In this document: positions 40,331 to 49,666 of the stretch, one piece after another
Position numbering within the stretch: the first letter of the stretch is position 1
Layout: each line of letters begins with the position of its first letter
From: a virus
Lineage: Duplodnaviria; Caudoviricetes
DNA length: 64,000 nucleotides
Reading direction: 5' to 3' (one strand)
Virus record (IMG/VR): IMGVR_UViG_3300031418_000003
Notes under the pieces: generated by a model
Told to the model about the DNA's origin: nothing
The model's database searches: none
What the model saw: the letters and a program-made list of their open reading frames with translations, nothing else
Program-made: the position numbers and the translations under genes

Positions 40331-41470
40331 TTAACGTCCACCAAACAGTTTTGCCAAAGAAGCCAGATCCATTGATGTGTCTTTCTTAGCACTCACGGTG
40401 ATCTGACGCTGAGTCCACTCTTCCGGTACGTTGTTGCCAGCGTAGTAGAATGTAAACAGACCTAATGCATCGTTAACAACAACGATGGTGTTAGCCATTA
40501 CAGCTTTACGAATTTTGTTGATACCGCTGCCGTCGAAACGCACACCCAGTTCCAGCTCGATGTTGCGAGCAGTATCTGAGGACATGATGATGGTGTTAGC
40601 CTGGGTATTCATGCTAACGATACCTGTACGCAGAGCAGCCTGCAGGTTCTTACTTGCACGGTCGGTGACTTCGCTGTAATAACCAGACAGGTCATTTTTA
40701 CGAATCTGGAACTCACGTTTGATCTCGTCTTCACCGGTCAGTAACTCAGGAGAAGTGATCTCGCCAGTGCGCGCCATCATGATACGTGCCAGCCAGCCAT
40801 CCTGCGGACGAGCCGCTTCAAAGATCTTTTGAAGATCTGATGAAGTTACCGGGACCGGAGTCTGACGGAAAGTCAGTGGGAAAGTCAGTTGGGTGCCGTT
40901 GATGTTAACAGAGGCGTCAACAGTACGACCTACGGCCAGCGGTTTGTAATCTTGCAGGTCAGCGTATTGTTTACCGTTAATGGTAACAACATTCTGCAGC
41001 GGTTTGCCGGTTGGACCTTGTGCTTCCAGGCCAGCACGTTCTTTCATGCGCTCAGCCCGCAGAGCTGATTCGGATTTACCGAAAGACTCAGCACCTTGCA
41101 GTGAAAGGAAACCCGCACGACGAGGTTGAATACCATCGATCAGATCAGAAACTTTGATGCCGTCCACACTACCCTGCTGGGCGAAGTGAGAAAGAACATC
41201 ATTGATGTCACGCAGGTTAATGACGGTCATCAGATCGGACATGTAATCTTGGTGGATCAGGGTGTCTTCAACAGCAACTAAAGGCGAGATCAGAGTTTTG
41301 GAAGCAGATTTAGCCAGACTACCAGTCTGGAGAACATTGTATGTCGCTGCCGCTCCATCAATGATTTTCTTAGCTTCGTCAACGCCTTTCTTACTTGCGC
41401 CAAATGAAGTTGCTACCTGAAGCAACGTGGCACCCAAGGAAAGAGCTTGAGGAATCATTACGTACTCCAT
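40331..41470 (-). CDS. Inner-body/head protein (phiKZ gp89-like)
   Basis: 379 aa; SLAKSASKTLISPLVAVE motif; GAES/GLEA sites; synteny. Confidence 0.7.
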   Translation of the reverse strand: MEYVMIPQALSLGATLLQVATSFGASKKGVDEAKKIIDGAAATYNVLQTGSLAKSASKTLISPLVAVEDTLIHQDYMSDLMTVINLRDINDVLSHFAQQGSVDGIKVSDLIDGIQPRRAGFLSLQGAESFGKSESALRAERMKERAGLEAQGPTGKPLQNVVTINGKQYADLQDYKPLAVGRTVDASVNINGTQLTFPLTFRQTPVPVTSSDLQKIFEAARPQDGWLARIMMARTGEITSPELLTGEDEIKREFQIRKNDLSGYYSEVTDRASKNLQAALRTGIVSMNTQANTIIMSSDTARNIELELGVRFDGSGINKIRKAVMANTIVVVNDALGLFTFYYAGNNVPEEWTQRQITVSAKKDTSMDLASLAKLFGGR

Positions 41471-41482
41471 TAAGGTTTATTT

Positions 41483-42541
41483 ATGAGTTCAAATGAAAAT
41501 GATTTTACAAATTATTCAGGGGAGAACCTACCTAATAGAGACGCGATATTTGACGCTTCTTTATTAGAGGGCGTTTCCCCAGGATGGTCATCGCCTTTAA
41601 TTAACTCTTTAAGAGGGTTAAAGATCCTAGGTCAGGGACCGGCAATGATGCCGTTATCCGATAACACCATAGGATTGCCGTTTGTCACCAGACCGCAGCT
41701 AAACCTTACAGATGATAACATTAGTCGCTCTGAGAAGCTGGTGAGTTTGTACGGTGCGGGTCAAAACAGTATTGGTGCGTATATAAGAGGGATGTTGGAT
41801 GAACGGTGGGCGGCCAGTAATGCTGGTAAGATTCTGGATAACCGCATGCCCTTCATTGTTCCCCTTACAACCTTTATTAAAACCTCTACGGGATTCAGTG
41901 ATCTTCAGTTATCCATTGAAACTTCTGAACCTGGATTACGCAGCCAGGTCTACCAGCGGGTTGCCAGTAAGCTCGAAGAGAACGGGGTGTATAGCATTAA
42001 CCAAACGTATTACAACCCCAAGCCTTCCGTTATTCAAGCACTGTTCCAGTACTGGGAAGACTATATTTCAGAAGTAGTTTCGGGAGACCGTCAGGTTACA
42101 CCACGTGACTGGTACTTGATGGGTAACCGTATCGATTACGATTGCCGTATCTATCACCTGATCATGAACAAAGATGCCATGTTCCTGGAACACATCTTTG
42201 CGACGATACAGTCTATCCCAACTACCTATCCTGCAGGAGCTATTGCATCCATTGATACCACCCAGAACACCTTGCGTGGGGAAGGGCAAGATGACTTCAC
42301 CGTTCAGTTCTCATCGGCGGGTCAACGGCAAGATGAGTTTGGATTGATTCAATCTTTCAATGAGCACAGTTTCCTTTATAACCCCGGTATCATGCCAAAT
42401 GTCCGCAATAACAATTTTCGTGAGCTGTCTAACGAAGAGTACATTGCATACAGTGGTGGAGCATACCCTTTATTACTTCCGCGTTCTTATAAAGGACGCA
42501 CCGGTATTAAATTAACATGGTGGGTTCCTAAAAATGAGTAG
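41483..42541 (+). CDS. Tail-tube-like baseplate protein
   Basis: 352 aa; FVTRPQLNL and RIDYDCRIY motifs; upstream of the wedge gene. Confidence 0.6.
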   Translation: MSSNENDFTNYSGENLPNRDAIFDASLLEGVSPGWSSPLINSLRGLKILGQGPAMMPLSDNTIGLPFVTRPQLNLTDDNISRSEKLVSLYGAGQNSIGAYIRGMLDERWAASNAGKILDNRMPFIVPLTTFIKTSTGFSDLQLSIETSEPGLRSQVYQRVASKLEENGVYSINQTYYNPKPSVIQALFQYWEDYISEVVSGDRQVTPRDWYLMGNRIDYDCRIYHLIMNKDAMFLEHIFATIQSIPTTYPAGAIASIDTTQNTLRGEGQDDFTVQFSSAGQRQDEFGLIQSFNEHSFLYNPGIMPNVRNNNFRELSNEEYIAYSGGAYPLLLPRSYKGRTGIKLTWWVPKNE

Positions 42542-45512
42542 TAGCATGACCTTTGAAGAATTAAATAAAATCTCGAATAACCCCAGCCGTGTAATCGCTA
42601 CGATCTTTAATAACATCGAGTCGACCTTTACCGCTGAACAAGGGACACTGAACTCGGCCGATCATCCATTTGCGTTTATGGTGGATTTGGTGACCGGGAC
42701 ACAATACGGATTCATCTCCCGTCTGGGTGATGTGGATGCAGGACAGTATCGTGTTCATGCCCGTAATATCGGTGACCTGTCCAAGACCATGAGCGACGCT
42801 GATTGGTACGGTGTGTATGGTGAGCCGAGTGGAACCACAGTGCGGTTTATTATCTCTGAAGAAGCTTTGGATGAGTTAGCAATTCGCTATACTGAAACCA
42901 GTGGCACATTGGATAATACTTACCGTAAGCTGGTCATTGCTCCCGATACACAGATCACTATTGCTGGGATTCCTTTCCTGTTGGAGAACCCGGTTGAGAT
43001 TCGTGTGATGGATCACGGTGGCTACGAAGTTGTGTATGATAGTACTCGTCAGTCTAAACTGAATCCGCTGTCAACCAACACTCCCGACGTCACCTATCTG
43101 GATATCGACCGGTTACGTTATCTGGCAATCCATTTACCGATTCGTCAGTTGAAAGCAACGTTGATTCCCAACAAACCCATCAACGCCAATGCTGGCTTCC
43201 GTGAGACGATTGATTACAAAGACTCTATCTATGCGGTACGTGCGTTCCTGACACCCGATGGATCCACTACCCGCTCAGAGATGGCAGTTATTTATAACAA
43301 TCAAAACTACGATCCTAACCAACCTACATTGGTGATTGATCTTAAAACAGAAACCACCTTTGAAGCATCGGTTCCTCCGGTTTATACTCAGAACGGCATT
43401 ATTGGGTCTGCCCGTATCAATATCCTGGTCTACACTACCAAGGGTGAATTGTATCGAGATCTTTCAACGTTAACAGGTCAGTACTTCTCTTACGAGTTCT
43501 TTGACTACGCTAACGACAACGGCGCCTTGAACCAGTTTGAGAAACCGTTTGCTCGAATCAACACCGTGCTGGTTGATGCCCTGACTGCGATCACTGGTGG
43601 TCGTAATGCCATTGCCTTCCAGGACCTGAAGGACACATTGATCTACGGACACCGTCAGCGTCTGATCCCAATCAGTAACAACGACATTTCTCAGTTCCTC
43701 TTATATAACGGGTACTCTTCAGTTAAATCGATTGACTTGATTACTGACCGTTTGTACCGGGTAACGAAAGATCTGCCGATTCAGGATTCCAAACTGTATA
43801 CCGACAGCAGCGTGGCAAGCTTTAACTCTGCAATGGGTGTAAACGTAGGATCCATTCTGACAAGCCTGGATGAAATTGTGGGTTCTGGTTGGGGTATTGA
43901 CAACGGACTGCGTGTGACGTTGTTACAGCGTGCTGTATTCGATATCACGCAACAGACTCCGTATCTGGTACCGAAGATTCAGTATGAAATGCTGATGGCG
44001 TCAAGTAACCAGAACAAAATTGATACCATGGCGAAGAAGTCAATGGTGTACACGCCGTTTACTTACGTCTTTGATACTACCAAGAACCGGGCGGTAACAC
44101 GTATCTATCGCACCAACCATCCATCTATTCGTTATCAGACTTTCCGGTTTGAGAATGCGACGTTGGGGTTACAGGTTTCTGTGGGGAACATCGATATTCA
44201 GTATACCGATGAAGGGTACACAATCACCATCGTTACGTCTTCTACTGATGCGTACAAAAACCTCAGTGATGACAACGTGGGACTGCAACTGTCATTTACA
44301 CCGTCTGGTGTGACTTCTCCAATCACAATGCGGGCAGAACTAAAAGGCACGGATTCTGATAAAGAACGTCACTTCGTATTCAAGATTCCGAGTAACTTCG
44401 ATATCACCGATGCTGACTTGATTGCACTGAAAGGATTCAATCAGTTTGGTCAGCCTGTGACAGCGGGAAGCTTTGTGGACTTACAGACCACGGCTAACTT
44501 CATCTTCACCCTGAGTGGGTCAGGCGTAAAACTGACGTCGGCTTCTGATATGAAGATCGATCAGTCGCTGTTCTCCAGTACCAACATCTCGATAATTGAG
44601 ACCGAGTACGTGGTGGAGTTTGGTCGTAACCTGGGATCACTCTATACGCGTATTCGTCCGATGTTGGGTGAAGCGCAGTATGAGAAGTACGAAGCAAATG
44701 TACCGTCGATCTATGCCAACGATGAATACGAATATGAAACTGTCACTAATCCTGATGGAAGTACAATTCGTAAGCTGGTTCTTGTTGATGGTCTGCCTGT
44801 GATTAAGTACAAGGCTGGGACTCAAGTTATGACTGCTGACGGTAAACCAGTGTGGTTATTCTTGAAAGGTCAAACCAAGTACGATGATCAGGGTAATCCT
44901 GTTATGTTGGCTCCACGGAAAATGAAGTACTATTGGGACTTCGTTGGATTCGACTTCTCATACATGCTGTCTCAGGACGATTACGACAAGGCGTATATGG
45001 AAAGTACCGAAGCGTTCTTTGTGGATCAAGTTGTAGCACAGCTCGATAGTTTTAACAAGATCACACTGGATGAAACGAAGCTGGTCTTCAAACCGCGTTC
45101 AACCATGGGCTTCACGAAAACAGTTGTGAACGAAATGATTCAGCGTACTCTGAAGAACGATCTTACTTTTGCCGTGGTGTACATGTTGACTCAGAACGGT
45201 ATGCGCAATCAGAATCTCAAAGATAACCTGAACACGTCTACCCACACTCTGATCAACACGACATTGTTGAAAGATACCGTCTCTCACAGTGATATCGTCA
45301 GTATCCTGAAAACCAATGGTGGATCAGAAGTCATTGACGTTCATCTTACTGTGATGGCCGGTGATTACGAAGTGGATGCAATCACTAACGTTGACACGAC
45401 CAATGGATTCAGTGTGTCGAAGAACATTGAGCAGACTGCCGATAAATTCCTGACTATTAAGGAAGCGGTGGAAATTCAGTTCAAACGCCATTTGCCAGAC
45501 TCTATCCTGTAA
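42534..45512 (+). CDS. Baseplate wedge protein (T4 gp6/baseplate-J-like)
   Basis: 992 aa; ITGGRNAIAFQDLK resembles the baseplate-J 'GG-d-E' motif. Confidence 0.65.
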   Translation: MSSSMTFEELNKISNNPSRVIATIFNNIESTFTAEQGTLNSADHPFAFMVDLVTGTQYGFISRLGDVDAGQYRVHARNIGDLSKTMSDADWYGVYGEPSGTTVRFIISEEALDELAIRYTETSGTLDNTYRKLVIAPDTQITIAGIPFLLENPVEIRVMDHGGYEVVYDSTRQSKLNPLSTNTPDVTYLDIDRLRYLAIHLPIRQLKATLIPNKPINANAGFRETIDYKDSIYAVRAFLTPDGSTTRSEMAVIYNNQNYDPNQPTLVIDLKTETTFEASVPPVYTQNGIIGSARINILVYTTKGELYRDLSTLTGQYFSYEFFDYANDNGALNQFEKPFARINTVLVDALTAITGGRNAIAFQDLKDTLIYGHRQRLIPISNNDISQFLLYNGYSSVKSIDLITDRLYRVTKDLPIQDSKLYTDSSVASFNSAMGVNVGSILTSLDEIVGSGWGIDNGLRVTLLQRAVFDITQQTPYLVPKIQYEMLMASSNQNKIDTMAKKSMVYTPFTYVFDTTKNRAVTRIYRTNHPSIRYQTFRFENATLGLQVSVGNIDIQYTDEGYTITIVTSSTDAYKNLSDDNVGLQLSFTPSGVTSPITMRAELKGTDSDKERHFVFKIPSNFDITDADLIALKGFNQFGQPVTAGSFVDLQTTANFIFTLSGSGVKLTSASDMKIDQSLFSSTNISIIETEYVVEFGRNLGSLYTRIRPMLGEAQYEKYEANVPSIYANDEYEYETVTNPDGSTIRKLVLVDGLPVIKYKAGTQVMTADGKPVWLFLKGQTKYDDQGNPVMLAPRKMKYYWDFVGFDFSYMLSQDDYDKAYMESTEAFFVDQVVAQLDSFNKITLDETKLVFKPRSTMGFTKTVVNEMIQRTLKNDLTFAVVYMLTQNGMRNQNLKDNLNTSTHTLINTTLLKDTVSHSDIVSILKTNGGSEVIDVHLTVMAGDYEVDAITNVDTTNGFSVSKNIEQTADKFLTIKEAVEIQFKRHLPDSIL

Positions 45513-45523
45513 GCATGCATAAC

Positions 45524-45553
45524 CCTCTACCCCTCCGAAAGGAAGGGTAGAGG
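45524..45553. terminator. Conserved-family palindromic hairpin (copy 5)
   Basis: CCTCTACCC-ctcc gaaa ggaa-GGGTAGAGG between convergent genes. Confidence 0.8.
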
Positions 45554-45565
45554 AATTATGTTTGT

Positions 45566-46219
45566 TTAGAACTCGGTGAACGTATCGAGATATTCAACAA
45601 AAGACTTCAGTGAAGCAAGATTTTCATCGTTGTCCAGATGGTTGTAATCGTAAATGTGAGAAGACCATTTCATGATCATTTCATCATTATCGATTTTACC
45701 TACCAGAGTCGGAAGATCAGTTGTCAGGTAATCGATCCACTCATACGGCTCAACTTCGCACCACTGTTCGGTCTTGATAGAAACAGGAAGCTTGGTATGG
45801 AACACTGTCATCAGACGAGCCACTGCACGACGCAGATAAACCTGGCGCTCTACTTTATCAAGCAGTGTTGTTTCATCTAAACGACGTGAGGTGTCCAGAA
45901 TGTATTCTGAAATAAGTTTCAACAGGGACAGTCGACCTTGTTTCAGTGCTTCGCCGTAACCTACAGTGATGGGATGGTTCTCAATAAAATGACGAGTATC
46001 GTAAGCGTTACTCATTGTCTTACTGGCAACCAGTCGAATCGCTAATTGATCACGCCCTTCAATCTGAGGAAGGTTAAACACTTCCCCAATGAATTCCAGG
46101 CAACCTTTCTTACAACGTGGTTCGTTTGTGAATGTCATCAGATATTCAAAGAACTTGTTGTATTTGGTTTGATCAATGTACAGGCGATCCAACACCGCAA
46201 AGATTTCTTCTTTTTGCAT
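45566..46219 (-). CDS. Hypothetical protein
   Basis: 217 aa, AGGA RBS. Confidence 0.7.
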   Translation of the reverse strand: MQKEEIFAVLDRLYIDQTKYNKFFEYLMTFTNEPRCKKGCLEFIGEVFNLPQIEGRDQLAIRLVASKTMSNAYDTRHFIENHPITVGYGEALKQGRLSLLKLISEYILDTSRRLDETTLLDKVERQVYLRRAVARLMTVFHTKLPVSIKTEQWCEVEPYEWIDYLTTDLPTLVGKIDNDEMIMKWSSHIYDYNHLDNDENLASLKSFVEYLDTFTEF

Positions 46220-46224
46220 GTCAG

Positions 46225-47799
46225 TTAAATCCTGCTTTGAACACCCAATGATTTCAAGCCACCATTGATGCGTTCGATGATTTTAAAGTTCTTACGCAGG
46301 TCGCCAGTTTTAGCGCGGTAAGTATGAAGAGCAGTACCGATGTACGGGTGCTTCGCTAAGAACAATTCATCATAGCTGATGTTAGAGGTCGTATCGACAC
46401 GTTGACCTTTGTCATTGTACACCGCCGCGATCTTGTTACCGTTTTCATTCAGTAACTCTTCTTCGGTGTTGATGATGGTCTGAATATCTTTGGTCAGATA
46501 CGTCAGTAACAGCTTGTCAACGTTGGTTGACCACTTGACAATGTTAGCGATGCTACGGCGGATGTTCCCGCTGATGGTGATCAGCTGGTTCAGTGACCAG
46601 GTGTACTCGTTAATGGTCGAGCAGTAAGAGGTATATGACATTTTCAGAATAGCGGCTTTGTCAAATACATTATCGATCGATTCAATCAACTCGGCATCTT
46701 TCACTTCGATCACATCTTTCAGGAAGTTCAGCGTTGCGGCATCAAAAGGATGTGCCGCTTTCAGCATGATCTTGCCCATGCGTTCGGATACTTTCTTAAC
46801 GCGTTCAAACTCATCCGCACTCACCCGCACAGGGATCGTTTTATCCAACACATCTTTATGTGAGGACAGGGTTTGTTTGAATGCCTTGTCAGCACCAATT
46901 GAGCCCAGATCAATATCGTACGCTTCATCAATCAACTTCGACAGTTCTTTACGAATCGGCGTCGGGTTGAGTTTAACTGCTACTTCTTCATCAAGCATTG
47001 CACGAAACTCAAGAACGTCAGCATTGCTGAATGTCTCTTGGTCCGCCCATGCAGCACGAAGCTTGGCAACAGCCTGCTGATAACGACCACGAGATTGTCG
47101 TGCATCAGTACCGGCATTCTTGATGATTGCGTCAATACCATCCAAACGCGTCTGCAGACTGGCGAGTGTATCCAACTGGTCAATGACTTTCTTATTGCGG
47201 TTATAGACAATAGAGAAAGCATCGCGTTGTGTCAGATCACCCGGTAACGCTTCGTAGAACTCAGCAACGTTCAGGTCAACTTTATCCGCCCCAATTAATG
47301 AAGAGAGTAAAGCAACCAGTGACTTCTTAACGTCATCGCTGTGTTCGGCCACAATGGCCAGCTCTTTCTCGGTCTTTTCAAAACCCAGTAGAGTACGGAT
47401 ACGTAACACAATCCAATCAATTACCGCTAACAAGAATTTCTTTGCCGCTTTGATAATGGCAATAAAGCCTTGCTTCAACGTAGACAGGAACGACTCGCCA
47501 CCACGAACTGCATTCATGCGATCGTAATTCGGGATCATTCCTTCGCAACCGGAGATCATCAACACAGTGAACGCAGAAGGATGCAGGCGCTTATTGTTCA
47601 GATACTCACGACAGTTCGCCGCCAGGACATTTAATGATTCCTGACCAGTCACTTCATACGTTTCATCCAGAGAGATGTATTCCTGACCCTCTTTGCCTTT
47701 TACCACTGACACTTTATCAGTAGGGCTATGAGGACTGAGCTGAATAACAGTACTCAGATCAACGGAATCGTCATCAGTCGTTTTATTTTCTTCAGACAT
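46225..47799 (-). CDS. Processed head protein (inner-head paralog family)
   Basis: 524 aa; GQES, GCEG and GGESF sites followed by amphipathic helix FLSTLKQGFIAIIKAAKKFLLAVIDWIVLRIRTLLG. Confidence 0.7.
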   Translation of the reverse strand: MSEENKTTDDDSVDLSTVIQLSPHSPTDKVSVVKGKEGQEYISLDETYEVTGQESLNVLAANCREYLNNKRLHPSAFTVLMISGCEGMIPNYDRMNAVRGGESFLSTLKQGFIAIIKAAKKFLLAVIDWIVLRIRTLLGFEKTEKELAIVAEHSDDVKKSLVALLSSLIGADKVDLNVAEFYEALPGDLTQRDAFSIVYNRNKKVIDQLDTLASLQTRLDGIDAIIKNAGTDARQSRGRYQQAVAKLRAAWADQETFSNADVLEFRAMLDEEVAVKLNPTPIRKELSKLIDEAYDIDLGSIGADKAFKQTLSSHKDVLDKTIPVRVSADEFERVKKVSERMGKIMLKAAHPFDAATLNFLKDVIEVKDAELIESIDNVFDKAAILKMSYTSYCSTINEYTWSLNQLITISGNIRRSIANIVKWSTNVDKLLLTYLTKDIQTIINTEEELLNENGNKIAAVYNDKGQRVDTTSNISYDELFLAKHPYIGTALHTYRAKTGDLRKNFKIIERINGGLKSLGVQSRI

Positions 47800-47811
47800 G
47801 ATGACCTCTTA

Positions 47812-48246
47812 TTAAGCAATGGCGTCAGTATTGGTGAACTGAGGAAGCTTATGACGTGCTTCATCGATCAGCGTTTGAACCAGGGCGCCGTAGCTGTCCA
47901 GATCGACATACTTCACGTCACCGGCTGCTTCAACCGTTGGGGTGATCTTCAGGATAACAACGTCACCGGTAATGGTCTCGTTGAAGACCTTTTTCAGGTT
48001 ACGATAGACATCGCCCAGCTGAGCCAGAATCAAATTACCTTTATTGGGGGTAACATCATTCCAGTAAGCCAGAATCCAGCGAGCAAAAGCAAAGCGAGTT
48101 TCTTCGCTCATGTCAACAGCACCGGTAACGTTCAGCAGAGCTTTGGTATAAGCAGTTTGCACGATGTTGATCTGGACTTCTGGGTTAAGTACACCCAGGC
48201 CCAGCAGATCTTGCTTAAGTTTTACAATGTGAGCTAAATGACTCAT
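47812..48246 (-). CDS. Small conserved virion protein
   Basis: 144 aa, strong codon bias. Confidence 0.65.
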   Translation of the reverse strand: MSHLAHIVKLKQDLLGLGVLNPEVQINIVQTAYTKALLNVTGAVDMSEETRFAFARWILAYWNDVTPNKGNLILAQLGDVYRNLKKVFNETITGDVVILKITPTVEAAGDVKYVDLDSYGALVQTLIDEARHKLPQFTNTDAIA

Positions 48247-48255
48247 GACACGTCC

Positions 48256-49581
48256 TTAAATGGCATCTTTATAAAGTGATAAGGTATGACCGACTAACTC
48301 ATCGGTGTAATGTTCAAATTCTTGCGCCCGGAAATCATTACCATTGAAGATATAACCTACGGTACGCTGTACCCAGGTTCCTTCGAGGAAAGGTTTGGTA
48401 TCATCAACGATCTTTTCCATCTCTTTTGCGTCTTTCAGCATCTGAGCTTTGGCTTTGGGATCAATCTCTTTGTGGCTGTTAATTTCAACAACAAAGTCAC
48501 GAAGGATTGTTTTCACACGGCGATACTGGCTGTCATAGCTACCATTTCCATTCAAGAAACCGTTCAGATGACACAGGAACATGAAGATGCTGTTTACGCC
48601 GGCCAGGGTAGCGACGACAGGAGCGAAGGCAGCCGCAGCAGTGATACATAATGCCAATGACTGCAGTGACATGATTGCGCTGGCCTGACTGATAGGTAAT
48701 GAAGCAAGTGCCGCAATCATTGATTTCGGGCAACCCATACGGGCAGCATAGAGATCAGCATAGATCTCCGAGGAGCGCTCTTGCGTTCCCAGTGATAACG
48801 TACGGCGTATATCACGTGTTCCGGTGGCCTTGTTAAAATAGACCACAAACTCATTACCGGTAAAATCAGCAATAGCGTCTTCATCCACTTTCTGACCAAC
48901 TTCCAGTAACTTGAATGCTTCCTTAACCACTTCCACACGTTCTTTACCGTATAGTTTACCTTCAACAATCATTTTGATTGCGGAGGTAGATACGATCGGA
49001 TCGACAACCGTACGGTACACATAGAGGAAGCCTGTGAAGATATGACCACACTCATGAGTAATAATGCCAGCCAATGCCTCGGCCATGGTGACTTTGGCAC
49101 GCTCTAACACTTTGCGCTTCATGAAGGCATTCAGGTAGTCATTCAGGTACAGTGTAAATTTGATTTTACTAAAATCACCACCAACACGACCGGTCGATGT
49201 ATCAACCCAACCTTTTAATACATCAGTTTTAAGACGTTTGAAAGTCTGACCGATACTGGAATCTTTGGCTGCAAAGAACTGTTCAACATTGCGGATGTTC
49301 AGCACATTACCGGGATTAATGTACCCAGCGTCAACACCAGCATTGGGAGTATGCTCAGGACTTAGCTCCATAAGAATACCGGTATGTTGCATGATCAATA
49401 CTTCAAGCCCTTCTGGACCGTCTGAAGCGCGGTTAAAGAAGTACTGATTTCCTTCCTGAACAATCGAGTTTTCAAGTAACTTCGTGAGATCTTTAAACAG
49501 ATCTCCTTTTTGGTAATCCATGAACTCTTGACCGTCGAACCGGAGTTCTTTTGATCTGTTCAGGAATTCAATACCGAGCAT
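48256..49581 (-). CDS. Virion-cluster zinc metallopeptidase (M48-like)
   Basis: HECGH (49042-49056) plus downstream EIYADLYAARMG (EIYAD at 48754-48768) and a hydrophobic C-terminal segment. Confidence 0.65.
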   Translation of the reverse strand: MLGIEFLNRSKELRFDGQEFMDYQKGDLFKDLTKLLENSIVQEGNQYFFNRASDGPEGLEVLIMQHTGILMELSPEHTPNAGVDAGYINPGNVLNIRNVEQFFAAKDSSIGQTFKRLKTDVLKGWVDTSTGRVGGDFSKIKFTLYLNDYLNAFMKRKVLERAKVTMAEALAGIITHECGHIFTGFLYVYRTVVDPIVSTSAIKMIVEGKLYGKERVEVVKEAFKLLEVGQKVDEDAIADFTGNEFVVYFNKATGTRDIRRTLSLGTQERSSEIYADLYAARMGCPKSMIAALASLPISQASAIMSLQSLALCITAAAAFAPVVATLAGVNSIFMFLCHLNGFLNGNGSYDSQYRRVKTILRDFVVEINSHKEIDPKAKAQMLKDAKEMEKIVDDTKPFLEGTWVQRTVGYIFNGNDFRAQEFEHYTDELVGHTLSLYKDAI

Positions 49582-49666
49582 AGGGTAGTACTCCGGAGTA
49601 AATAAATAGGGCGGGTCAAATTATGTAGAAAATTTAACTCATGACGTCATAACATTCGGGTATAAC

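Noticed and set aside
49589-49650. Palindromes TACTCCGGAGTA and ATGACGTCAT in the protease/polymerase divergent gap
   Set aside because: Short single occurrences, one overlapping an RBS; compatible with chance.
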